This document shows positions 1-11,749 of a stretch of 57,522 nt of DNA, one piece after another (within the stretch, counting starts at the first letter, position 1; every line of letters begins with the position of its first letter). The stretch comes from Spirogloea muscicola (taxonomy: Eukaryota). Below the pieces are notes generated by a model. The model ran no database searches, was not told the origin of the DNA, and saw nothing but the letters and a program-made list of their open reading frames with translations. Made by a program: the position numbers and the translations under genes. The stretch spans positions 644,980 to 702,501 of the forward strand of contig WELB01000002.1 in the NCBI GenBank assembly GCA_009602725.1. The letters run 5' to 3'.

Positions 1-397
1 GGCCGAGCAACTCGCTCGGCCTAGTCTCTTCCTTTGGCTGCTGCCAACCTTTGCCGCCGCCGCTGCCGCTGCCGCCGCCGCTGCTGCTGCCACTGCACAG
101 TAAGCGTAGCGCGCGCGCCCAGGGCCACGCCACGAAGGCGTGGGCACAGGCAAAAGCACAGACCTGCAAAGAGCCTCACCCGACGAGCCCCGCATGCGGT
201 CGCGAAAGACCGAGCGTGCACTTGGTAAGCCGCAAACATTGCGACCTTGTGCGAATCATCCCCAAGTCCAAGCCTAACCTTGGACCATCAGAGAGCCTTG
301 CCGAACACGCGCGAGCGACTCTTATCGTGCTCCATTGCATCTACTGCATTGTGAGCTTGTTTCTCCGGCATCTTGTCATTGTTACTCGAAGTTTCCA

Positions 398-575
398 GTT
401 ACTGGGGCCACTCCCTTTGGTTCGAGTTCGCTGTTACTGGGGCCACTCCCTTTGGTTCGAGTTCGCTGTTACTGGGGCCACTCCCCTTGGTTCGAGTTCG
501 CTGTTACTGGGGCCACTCCCCTTGGTTCGAGTTCGCTATTACTGGGGCCACTCCCCTTTGGGTCGCGTCACTGTT
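398..575. repeat. Tandem array, about 5 copies of a 35-bp unit (gttactggggccactccc(t/c)ttggttcgagttcgct)
   Basis: Units start at 398, 433, 468, 503 and 538; near-identical, last copy degenerate; no spacers. Confidence 0.95.
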
Positions 576-719
576 ACCTTTGAAACTCTCTTCGAGGGTA
601 CTCTTGGCTCGTTCTGATTTTCTTGTTCGTACGCTTTGCTTGTGACTTGTCCATTCGATCCCATTTTACTAGGCCGAGCGAGTTCTTGCTTGTGGACAAG
701 TTACATTTGTGCTTAGTGT

Positions 720-2011
720 ATGAACTTGAGATCTGGACGTGTGATAGACCCCGCTGGTGAATCTTCAGATATTGCTCCTGTGGTAGCTACTGATCCATCG
801 ACTATTGTTCCTGAGGCCACTGAGCGTGTCGCAGAGCCTCCCGAGGTCGAGCAATCTCTGAAGAGACGAACTGCCACAATGTCTCAGGGAGAGCAGCCAC
901 CAAAGATACAATATCAAGGTACTCCCGGGGGTGCATCCTTGGCCGAAGTCAGGAGCAATTACGATGCAGAAATTTGTAGACTGGAAATGCAGGGATGCAC
1001 TATCAGTAGAAAAGCTGCCATGACCTTACTGAGTCCATATCTGTGTAAGGAAGCGGGCGATGTTTATAGAGAGTTGAAAGATTCTATCCTGGCACAAACA
1101 AAGCCAATCCTTGCTGATGCAACTCCTGCGGAGAGAGCATTAGGTCGCAGCTGCTAGATGACCCTGTCGATGAAATGTTCAGACGTCTTGCTCAGCAGTT
1201 TCCCGTCAATACTACACTGTATAAGCAAGAGTTGAAGAAGTTTCATCGTAAGCAGGATGAGTCAGTCACGGTATGCTATCTCATATTTCGTAAGCTGGTT
1301 AAGCAGTCCAGGACTGACATTAGTCAGAAGGAGCTTGCAGTACAATTTTTGCGTGAAATGGCTGGAGACTCTTTCCAGCAGATGCGCAATTTTCTCATGA
1401 TGAGAAGGCAACAACTAAATAAGGAAGATTACGATCTTGAGGATGTTCATCAAGTTTTTATGGACAAAGAAAAAGAAGATTTCACCCTCCGAACTGTTGA
1501 TGAGCGCTCTGCAGGTCACCAAGGACCGAAGCAGGCTATCAAGGACGGCAACCAATCAGACGGTATGAAGACGGCTCATGCTGCTTTGCCTTCTAATGTC
1601 GAGTATGTTCAGAGATCTTCTGGCCATACTCACCCAGTCCCAGAGTGTCATGGGTGTGGGAAGAAAGGCCATCTCAAGAGGGATTGCACGTCCTTGCATC
1701 AGACTACTGGTGCCATGTGTGCATATTGTTCAAAGTCAGGTCATGTTGAACAGCAGTGTTGGCATAAGTACCCTGAGAAAATGCCTATGCCTTTGAGACG
1801 TAAGGTAGCTGGGGGGAATAACTTACCATCAACCAGTGGGCCCGTCGAGTCTCAGAATACTAAACTTGACCAGATAGCTGGACAAGTTGCTGAGCTGACC
1901 AATCAGATTGCTGTCATGCAGAAGCATCAACTGAGTAAGATGGTTTCAGCTGCAGTTCCAGACTTACACATGCAGGAAGACGAGGAAGACGAGGATTTAC
2001 ATTCCCAATAG
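720..2011 (+). pseudogene. Retrotransposon Gag, frameshifted near 1145-1160
   Basis: ORF 720-1157 starts MNLRSGR; ORF 1175-2011 contains CHGCGKKGHLKRDC and CAYCSKSGHVEQQC (CX2CX4HX4C zinc knuckles). Confidence 0.85.
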
Positions 2012-2057
2012 ACATCAATACTCCAATGCGGTTAATTGTGTCTCAGTTGTTGCAGCA

Positions 2058-2415
2058 TTGCCTGCAGCTATTACCGAGCCCAGCAAGCCACTGACTTCTG
2101 TGGCTATGGTGGACAATGCTAGTGGCATCGTCCAGGTGACAACAGGTTCGGTCACGACGAAGCCCACTCTGGTAGTCATGGATACCGGCGCTCAGCCTAT
2201 ACTAATAGGTCAACGCTTTGCTAAGCCTCTGAAGCTTGCACCGGAAGATGTTGTTTGCGCCAATGTGAAGATCAAGACTGCAACGGGAGGCACCGACAGC
2301 ATTGTCGGCATCACCAAGAAGCCCTTGCATATTATCCTAGAGGAAAACCCATGTTGACAACCACAGTCTCCGCTTGTTGCATGATCACCAAGGCTGACAG
2401 TTATGATATATTACT
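2058..2415 (+). pseudogene. Retroviral-type aspartic protease, frameshifted near 2350
   Basis: VVMDTGAQPILIG catalytic motif, flap-like IKTATGG, and YDILL in a second frame. Confidence 0.8.
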
Positions 2416-2433
2416 AGTTCTGACAAACCTCCG

Positions 2434-2931
2434 GTGCAGAAGTCTGCAATGGTGCAACGCTGTGCGCCAATCTCTGCAGAGAAGGGCTTGGGAAGTACAT
2501 TGATGGCCGACCCAGCACTGAACTTGATGAAGCTCAAGCATGGCTTGGATGTTACTGCAGGCCAATTCAAACATAAGGTTGTTGGCAACAACTCCTCCGG
2601 TGTTGTTCGTCTTCAAGGGTCATGTGGCAGGGAAATTTCTGATCACATCCAGAATGTTTCTCCTTGTCATCTAACTAACATTGATCCCACTATCGATCGT
2701 ACACAGCAGTGGGTATCTGTACACTTATCATGTGAAGTCTGCAAACGGACAGACCAAGCTGCAGCTATGTTATTATGCTCTACATGCAATCGAGGGTGGC
2801 ATATCCATTGTTTAACACCACCACTCACAAGCATACCTCCAGATGACTGGTTTTGCAGAACTTGTCTGAGTTTCAAACCCAACTCCTTCGCCTGTTCCAG
2901 GACTTACAGTTGGGGGGGGGGAGTAAATTGA
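2434..2931 (+). pseudogene. Integrase C-terminal region fused to a PHD finger
   Basis: CEVC...MLLCSTCNRGWHIHCLTPPLTSIPPDDWFCRTC is a C4HC3 PHD finger. The preceding GVVRLQG..DHIQNVSPCHL.NIDP resembles green-algal Ty3 integrase tails. Confidence 0.8.
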
Positions 2932-5599
2932 TCATTTCCATTCCAAGTTCTTAATTGCCAACCATGTCATCTGTTGGTTACTCCTATTCTGTTATTTTCT
3001 GCTGTGTTGTTTTCATTCGATATCCAAGTAGCTCCTAAATTCCTCGCGGACCTATTTCCACCTCAATTCATGGAGTGCCCACTACGCCAGACTGATTTCT
3101 TGCCTGCTTCCGTACTAATCTGACTTCTCGACGCTATCTGGCAATCGACGCCCTGTGGCACGACACATTGTTCATGGTGTTGCTGGCCACTTTCGGCCCC
3201 TTCTTCACCGCGGGGGGGTTTGTGACAAGCCAGCCAGTGAATGACAAGCCAGCCAGCCAGCCAGTGAATTTCGGCCTTTTCTTTGTGGGCTGGTTAGCCG
3301 TGGCCCTCGCCTCTATTGTCCAGCCCCTATCCTCAATGGGCGCGCCCTTTGTTTCCTATAGTAGAGCAGTCTCGCTTGTGACAGCCCACTCGACTTGGGA
3401 AGAGCTGCTTCTCTCAGCTATCGCACCTTCTGTAATGGAACAGCTCTCTTGTAGAAAGGTGATGGCTGTGAGAGGCCAGCCCAAAAAGGATGAACAATAT
3501 CTGAACTGTTTGGAGGATATCTGTTTGCCGGCCCTTTCGGACCTTCGTCCAATCTTCTGGGTTAGCCACTGCATTGGGAGAGCCACTTCTTTAACTGCAT
3601 TACGTTAGGAGAGCTGTTTCCGCCTCTCACAACTCCTCCTGGGAAGAGAGTAAGCTCTTGGAATGGGGGAAGGCTTTAGTAGTTGGTGATAAAAGTTTGA
3701 GGACTAAGGATATTGGAAAAACTACCTTGTTGGGCTCCTTAGCGAGAGCTGCTTGTTCTTCTGGGCATGTCCCTTTGGACCTTCTCAGGTCCTTCTTTTG
3801 GGCTGGCATTTCACAAGCAGTCGGCCCCGTCCATAAAGACCTTTCCTTCTATCGCCCCTGGAAGAGCTTTTCTTCAACGAAGGGCTTTCTCGTCTTCCTC
3901 ACGGAGACACCCAGCTCTTCCCCCTCTTCAGCAGAACTTCACCACTTGTACTTTCACTCATTGTTTTATCTCCCCTGAGCCTTTCGCGCTCGCATCTGGA
4001 GACAATGGGTACGACCTCGCCACGGCTGCTGGCGACCACGACAGACGCCTTTTGCGAGTTACTCCGACTTGGGGCTGCTGACCAGGGATTATTGAGCTCC
4101 ACTCGGCGTAGCCACTTGAGAGTGGTCGGACTGTGCACATGAGATGCAAGGGAGGTCAGACTCAAGCCAATACGCCCTTTGAGCAGAAGCTAGTGCACAA
4201 ACTGGTGCTACACAAAACGAGGCTCATGCTAAGGGAGCCAAAGGTAACAGTGTGAATGCAGGCTGAAGGGGGACGTCAATATCCACTTGCATAGCTGTGT
4301 GGTTTTGCCTGTCGGCCCTCTGGAGCCTTGTCCAATTGTGTTGGGCCGGCGTTTCACAGCCCTCGCAACCTTTGGAAGAGCTCACCTTTCTTTGACAGAG
4401 CCATTTCTTTGATTTTCGTCAACCAAGTCACTTGGTTGTTCAATCGCGTAACAAGATAAAGGTGAGCACTGTAAAGGACATCAACACTGAGCGACGACAT
4501 TCCTGCCTATGCACAGGTGGTTAGAGCTATTTGAAGGTATCCGTTAGAGACAATCAGCAACTCGTTGTCGCGCAACAGATTCCGCGCCGCGGGCGACTCG
4601 CCCGGCGACGCCACGCGTCGCACTTCCGTGACCGCGGGGGCAGCGCACGTGCTGAGTGCCATCCGCGCCCGCGATTTGGAGCGGCCGCTCGCTGCGCGCC
4701 ACGTGGCACGCTCGAGCATCTCCCGCCAGGAGATTCCGTTTCCCAAACGCGCCGTTACGTCTGGCCGTCCGTTACACTCCGCCGTCAGCTCAACGGAACG
4801 CACGGACCCGTCGCCCAGTCGTCACGTTCACGATCATTTACGACGATGGGAGCAGTCAGTCCGTGTTTCCCAATATGGATAGCGCATATCTAACGTGTGA
4901 ACCACTTGGCGTGCTCATGTATTTGCGCCTTCGTATTGGGGCTCCCCCTTGACCTTGTCCATGTCCTTTGAGCCGACGGCCGACCTTTCGTAGCAAGTGC
5001 CGCCTTCTGGAATGATCTTGTCGTCAGCCAAATCATTCTTGCAGAAGGGAGGCTTGACATTTCTTACCAGAGAGTGATGAGCAACATGTGTGACCCTGCC
5101 ATACCGTGATGCAAATACGTTGTCAACTTTGTGGAAAGTAGGCAGCACAGTTTGGGCTACTTTATGTTGGACCAAGTCGAGGCTGCTGAACAATTAGATC
5201 TGACCAGTTTCGATGTTAGCTGGGCGCTTGCCTTTTCGGACTACTTTGTCTTAACCAGGTCGAGGCTGCTGGGTTTCCACATCTTGCAACTCTTGATGCT
5301 AGCTGGGTGTTTGCCCCTCTCCACAGGGTCTGCATATCGCCCTCATCTCGGCAGCACAGAAGCAGATCTGCTTGTTGCGGAGGACAGAGATCAACTGGCA
5401 CAAATCCAGAGTCGATGGCAGCCATAGCTAGCGCGCACCAGATCGGTGCGGCGGCCTCAGATCCATAGAGAGGCCGACGGGCTGGGGCTCCTTATGACAG
5501 GGAGGGCGCAATACCCAATAGGCTGATTCAGATGGTTTCCCAGTTGGTCCAACTGGCTGCTTCACCACACAACCACATCAAAGAAGGCGCCAGAGATGC

Positions 5600-5700
5600 A
5601 GAGGTTCTAGGTCAATCTTGTGAGTGACACCTCAGGTTCTATGGTCAATCAGAGGTTCTAAGGTCAATGAGGTTCTAAGGTCAATTTTGTGAATGACACA
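5600..5700. repeat. Short degenerate tandem repeat (aggttcta(a)ggtcaat x4)
   Basis: Motif recurs at about 5602, 5634, 5652 and 5669. Confidence 0.7.
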
Positions 5701-5983
5701 TCTGAGTGTGGGTTATTAGTCCTTGGCGGAGCAAGCCTGCTCCTGTGGCACTCAGAGCAGAGGAGGCCTCAATGCCTAGTCTAATGTACCACCTCTTCCA
5801 TCCAATCTGCAAGATGCATGGCAATGACAGATTGCCCGAGCAAGGCTACATACCACAGATTCAATCTCAACCTAGAAACAATTTGTATACAGGGAGAGGA
5901 CCAACAGTGGTCGCCCATCTACCTTCTCTCGCTCTTATACAAATTGCGGCTCAATTTGAGCAAGCTGTTGAAAGGGGAGGGTC

Positions 5984-8900
5984 CTATATTGTCGTCGCAG
6001 CGGCCGCGGAAGCCTGGCCCAGCTGCCCAACTGGTAGAGACCGAGGCTCCTTGTCGTCCTCGCTTGCAGACTCAGACGCGAATCGCTGGCGCTTTCTCCT
6101 CATCTGAAGGTCCTTAACCTCTTTGATGAGCCGCCACGACCCATCCTCCAATACAAGAGCCTCCGCTGTATCCAACATATTGCGAGTGTTTTCAAGGATC
6201 TGCAAGAAACAGAAAACACGTCCATGCTACCAGCTGCACTTCAGTAGCTGCAACTACATGCTTGCACACTCTAGGACCATGGTACACTGACCAGCCAGAC
6301 GTGTTAGATGGTAGTGACTTCTGACAGGCCCTTTTATGCAGCACCTGCTGACCAGCACGAGTGTACCTCGGCGGTTACAGCATCTAGGCGCAAGTCGACG
6401 AAAGACGTATGAGAGTTGCAGCACGGGCATCGCCACGCCGGCAGGGAGGTGTTTATCTCCAGGAAGCTGCTCAAGTCAAATGACTGCGGGGCCAAGACAG
6501 AGGAGTCAGGAGATCGGTGGTGGGCGAGAGGGCATGGTGACTCATTACGACCTCAGTCTGCCAGCCTCGTAATGGATCCTTCCAAAGGCTGTTGATGGCA
6601 GCACATATGAGCAAGGTATGATGTATATGCATGTAGCCGCCCGAGCAGAAAGCTAAAGCCACAAAGGAAGTTTGTAGTACTCCTACCTGCACGTGCCGGC
6701 ACGCGACGCCCTTCACTGGCCTGACCATCCGCTTGTGGCTGATGGGGCAAAGGAGGGACAGCTTCGTAGGCCCCAATATGATCTCCAGCTCGTCGCTGTC
6801 ACTCCGTGCAAGTCCGGCCGTGGTGACATCACCTGTGCCAAAGTAGAGCAAAACATCTGCTGGTGTCAGCTACTGTGCATTAGTGTCTCCTGCACTGGAC
6901 CTCTCTGACACAACTTGATGCGGCTAGACTGCGTGACTAATTTGAAAGCATATGTAAACGATTGTACGCATGCAGGAGCTTGAGAAGGCAGCCCAGGCAG
7001 TCCTCAACAGCTTTGAGTACAACAAACAGACCGCCAGCTTGTGCATATAAGGAGAGACCACACAGTGACGACCTCTACATCCACCATGAGCTCTCAACAA
7101 CCTGGTGCTAGTGAACGAGATTGCTCAATTGTCGGAGTCACGTGGGGCTCTAGCAGTATCTTCGAAGCGTCCAACTTGATGCTCTTCATCAAGGCCACGA
7201 CGACGATGTACGGGGCTGCCACATACAGTATCAAAGTAAGCCCAGTATACTGGACAGTGAAAGCCCATCTTTCACCTCACCACCCACGTAGATAGCCCCT
7301 TGAAATTTCTCTCAAAGCAAATCCTGAAGCATTGAAGGGACACCTGTGAATTCCCCGATGACCTGGAGAAGGTTGGGCCCCACTCGGACTCCATCATTCA
7401 CCAGTGTTGGCATCTGCAATCCCTTCTCCTGGCTCATAGAAAGGCAGATGTCGACAATCAGTACAAGTATTTATATTTGTCTACCTGTGACTTGAGCAGC
7501 ACAGTCAACAGGCAGCTACTCCGAGACATGCATATGCTGTGAGGCTCTTTGCTGGAATTGTTGAACTTTCAATCAATGTTTACATACATACATACATAGA
7601 TACATACATACTTTCATACACACACAAATTGAATACAAGCAAGTTGTCTAAGCCAGCCGCACAATGTTTGCTCTCACCATCTTCACCAATGTGCGACCCG
7701 GCACCTCCACTCCATTCAATAGAAAGCTGGCACAATGCAAGCCGATGTGTCAAGGCAAAGAGAGAAATAGCAGGAGCAACTCTGGCCTAGCAAACATCTT
7801 TGTGCAAGAATGTACAAAAGCAGTCCTTTCAAGCATGCATCTTACTGTTCCACATCTGCAAAGCTTTCACTCAAAACCCGTAGGAGTAATCGCTGAGGCC
7901 ACCCCTGTAAGTAGCCTTCCTATGTTGATAGGGAGATGCTCAAGAACAGCATACCCCTCAGTGATACTAAACATCGAGAAATCTGCAAATGCATCTACCT
8001 GACTTGCAATGGTGTCGCAAGGGAAGCAGAGGTGCTGATGTCTGGGTACTGCGAACTCAGTAGGTGCTGCCACGAGCATGAAAGCAAAGCACTGTGTGAG
8101 ATACAATTCTCAAAACCTGCTGGTACCCCTGTACTTCGCCTAAACAAACAGATCGTGATGGATCGGATCATATTGATTAAGGAGTATTGCTCAGCTCCAA
8201 TACCAAATGAGAATTGGATGCAGTGAGAGCAAAAGCAGACTTTCTGTCTTACAACATTGTAATCTCGGTGAAGTTTGATGAGGATGCCAAAGTCTGCCGT
8301 CAAGACCTGATACCCTTGCTGCACAACATGGGAGTTTGATCTTCCAGTCAGTCCTTCACATCTTCTGTCATGCTTTGGAAGGAGTGAATCTGCAATTGAA
8401 AAGACGTTTTCAGCTCCCTTGTGTAGGATGCAAACAAGGGAATGAGGCAAGCAAGCAGGTAGCATGCATTTGCATGCTGGAAATGTGCCACCTATCAAGG
8501 TAGACAACAGATGGAAGTGAACATGGACTCAGAGCCTCACCTCTGCCTTCATTGCCATAAGAACTGAGCGTAACCTCAAGGTTGGAAAATACCTGTGAAC
8601 CAACGATTTCACTACACTATCATGACGTCCCCATGAGCTGCAAGTGCCCTTCTGAAGGCAGATAAAAGCACAACTTCCACATTGGCAATCGTGCACGAGC
8701 TTCATTTGGCTTGTAGAACTAAATTTTTAAACAAGATTTCAGAAACAAGCACAAGATTACAGGACAGGCTAGAGTATAGGATAGAGGATCGGGATTAGGG
8801 TTCAGATTTACCTACTAGAGAGCCTCTTCACATGGTCGATCACGCCTTCCAGCTGCAACAAAGCAGCTCCTCCCGAGGGAGCCAGCACGCGCTGGAGGTC

Positions 8901-10670
8901 GTCGGTGCTGCTCTGGCGAGCTTGAGTAGGCACAAAGTGACCCCAGAGCTGCACCCCAGGCTGGCAATCACGTCACATGCAATATCCTGGCCTTATGCAG
9001 CTGTTGCCACTACAACATGGACAGGAGCAGGTCTAGAAGCAGGCCCCACAGCTTCTGCAAAAGAGGAAAGAGTTATTGATATCTATAATTTCGCAGGCAG
9101 GTAGTTGAATGGATGAGGCAGGCACGTACCGACTGCAGGGGCTTCATCAGCTCGACCACCTTCTGCTGCTTGAACCACCCCAAGCGACAGACGCTCTGGG
9201 AAGCAACGGCGTCATGCACGTGATTAGCTTGTAGAAGCCTCTACTAGCCTGTCAAAAGTCGTCTAAGTGAAGCTCCAGCTGATATGCTCTACTTCTCCAG
9301 AAACGCTAGCAGATCTGCATCACTCCCAGCTAGAAGGTGGGCTGAGTTGGAGTACCCCTACCTTGACTGAGAGCATGAGGGCCATGAGTGCAGGGCGAAA
9401 AGCGGGGTTATCAGCCAGCTGCCAGAGCTGCACATTCAGCGCACAGCCCATGTAGCACACTCCGGACCTCAAATGACATCAATTTGCAAAGTGAGCCTCT
9501 AGATCTCACATGCAAAAGCAACGCCCCTATTCCCAGACCTTGAATCTCTAGGCCTGATGCTTGCATGTAGGCTCTGCAACTCAATCGGTTGCAAGGCTAC
9601 AAGACCCCAGCAGCATGAGTACAAGGCCTCTGTTCCATGCAGGAACAATGGTGCGTACCCACATGAGCAGCTCCCGGAGGGCATCCAGGTTGTGTGGTTT
9701 CTGCTCGTATCCGACAGAGCAGTCTAGCAACCTGGCACAGGGGAGCAACAATGGCAGCAACACACAACCAAGTCACAATCAATAGCACAATTGATGACAA
9801 TCTGAGAGCTTCTACATTTGTCTGATCCCCACTGGTCATCAACTTCCATTGAGTTGCGTCTGTAAGCATCTTTCGCAGTCAAGGAGTGCACTGCCCCAAG
9901 TAAGCCAAATTTGCATCAGTGCAGTGGGATAAACCAGCCAAGCACTGTGGGTATTGGAAGCTGCAGAGATAGGAACACCCCAAAGCTTGACTGCCATACT
10001 TCAATCCTAGCACATAACCTAGCACTGAAACCCCTAGCAGTCAGCACGGGCAAGGTGCTGAGAGCTTTCGCCTCTTCTTTTGCAGCAGAAGCCTTGCCAG
10101 GCCGAGGCGTGCACGAGCTCGCCTGGCGCTACTCGCGGCTGCAACCAACACGACCACATAAACGCGGCAAAGCCGAGCTACCTCTGGGACCGAAGGAGAA
10201 GCACCTGGGCTGTCACAGCTTCTGAGTCTTGCCACCAATGTCGGCACATGAAGCTCGACATGGAGCAACGCAAGCAGCCCTTCCGCCACACTCCAGCCAA
10301 GGCGGCAGGTGCTAGATGTTCACATCATTGTCTTGCCTTGATATAACCAGTTCCCAAATTGGCGGCTGTCCGCAATTTTGGTAGCAATTTTGGCAGCTCG
10401 GCCATTGGCTTTGGACATACACGTTACCACACAGGGCCCAAAGCTCACCCTGACCATTGATGTAAAATCATTCCCTGTTCGTGTTCCGATTCGATCCTCT
10501 GACCTCTACACTCACTTGGACAGCCTGAGCAGGTCGTGCGGCGTGATGCCCGGAGCGCGCGGCGTGCCGGCCTTGAGGCGCAGCCGCGCGATGTCGGCGG
10601 CCAGCATCTTGCCCACAGCCAGGCGCCGGCGGCCGCCGGCGTCCTCCTGCGGCCCCTGCTCCGTGGCCAT
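5984..10670 (-). CDS. PIAL/PIAS-like SP-RING (zf-MIZ) SUMO ligase, multi-exon
   Basis: Exon peptides: MATEQGPQ..DLLRLSK (ATG 10670); LLDCSVGYEQKP; ALMALMLSVK; SVCRLGWF; LSLLCPISHKRMVRPVKGVACRHVQ; SFDLSSFLEINTSLPAWRCPCCN (6367-6483); ILEN..EDGSW..stop at 5984. Central exons are not fully resolved. Confidence 0.8.
7580..7625. repeat. (TACA)n microsatellite in a PIAL intron
   Basis: tacatacatacatacatagatacatacata. Confidence 0.8.
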
Positions 10671-10833
10671 GGCCGCCGCCNGACGCCGCACGCTGCCGGC
10701 CCGGCGGCCACGCCCGCCGAGCCGCCGGCAATGACTTCCTCCTCCTCCGCCGCCGCCGCCGCCGCCGCAGCCGCCGGGACTTGCGGCTGGCCAATCACAG
10801 CCATCGCCATCTACTGGAAGAGTCTTCCTCCCA

Positions 10834-11500
10834 GTAACTCCAAAGCTGACCTTACCTGCTGAGGCCCCCGACTCGGAAGAGCCTGCTTCTATCACCACGG
10901 ATTCCCAGGGAGGCCATCACCGTCGCACCCTGGACATTGTGGGTGTACAACCTGGCGGAGGCCCACGAGCTTTGGTTGATGTGGTGGTGACTGAGGCATA
11001 CAAGAGTTCCGCTTCCACACACATTGCTGGCCACGCAGTGGGAGGTGCTGAGCAGAAAAAGCTCCGACACTACTCAGACTACCCCCGCAGTGACCACCTC
11101 CTCCCGGCCGCAATCGACACTTTCGGCTGCTTGGGTCCTCGCTTCCATACCCTACTCGAGAACATAGCGAGTCTGGGATATGCACGACGCGAGGATATGC
11201 TCCCAGCCCAGATGGGTATGCCCGCAGCCTATCTGTCATTTCTGCGACGTCGAGTGTCAACCTTTCTGCAACGAGCTCAGGCGTATGCTCTGCATCAGAA
11301 AGCTGGTCGAGCCTTAGCTGCTGGCACAAGAGCTAGTCAATTGCCGTCCGGTATTCGAGCGTCAGCTAGCGACCTCTATGTGCTGACTCGTGGTTACTGA
11401 GCGGGTCAGCTTAGCAGCAGGTGACGTACATTTGTCCAATGTGCTTGCCTTTGTACTTGGCCACACATGGCCTCCCCATCTCTTAATATACACGCATTTT
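10834..11500 (+). mobile_element. 5'-truncated non-LTR retrotransposon: restriction-like endonuclease C-terminus plus 3' UTR
   Basis: Open frame to TGA at 11400: RRTLDIV..ALVDVVVT..AEQKKLRHY..LLPAAIDTFGCLG..RVSTFLQRAQA, the PD-(D/E)xK RLE pattern of CRE/NeSL/R2-like elements. The 3' UTR recurs elsewhere in the window. Confidence 0.8.
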
Positions 11501-11657
11501 CTATCAAGTTGGCTCCTTCTCCTACAGTCGCCCATGAAAATTTGCACGCTGATATTCCACCTCCTATAAAGCATCTGGAATTCAACCGCTCCGTAGACGT
11601 TCTCAAGTGCTGACCCTCAATGTCAATACTGACGAACATATGTTGGAAGCTGAGTCC

Positions 11658-11749
11658 GCTCTTAGGCCCCTCTGAACCTGTGTGCATTCTTTTTGGGCTG
11701 GCTTTTCGCAGCCCTTGCCCCCATTGGGAGTGCCACTTCTTTCTTTTTT
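11658..11749 (+). mobile_element. Short retroposed module B with a 12-bp TSD
   Basis: Flanked by gaagctgagtcc at 11646-11657 and 11750-11761; ends in ttctttcttttt; near-identical copy at about 31064-31150. Confidence 0.75.

Larger units (their letters stand above)
1..3226 (+). mobile_element. Internally deleted Ty3/gypsy-like LTR retrotransposon (gag-protease-[deletion]-integrase C-terminus/PHD)
   Basis: Gag with two CCHC knuckles, aspartic protease DTG motif, integrase tail plus PHD finger, G-rich PPT-like tract followed by TGTGAC at 3221. Element boundaries are uncertain. Confidence 0.85.

Noticed and set aside
398..575. CRISPR-like array or tRNA B-box (ggttcgag) in the 35-bp repeats
   Set aside because: Units are contiguous with no unique spacers, there are no cas genes, the context is eukaryotic, and there is no cloverleaf or A-box.
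4420..4535. Possible terminal exon pair (gtgag..tgcacag intron; ..SRNKIK|VVRAI*)
   Set aside because: Too short to assign, and no upstream exons were found.
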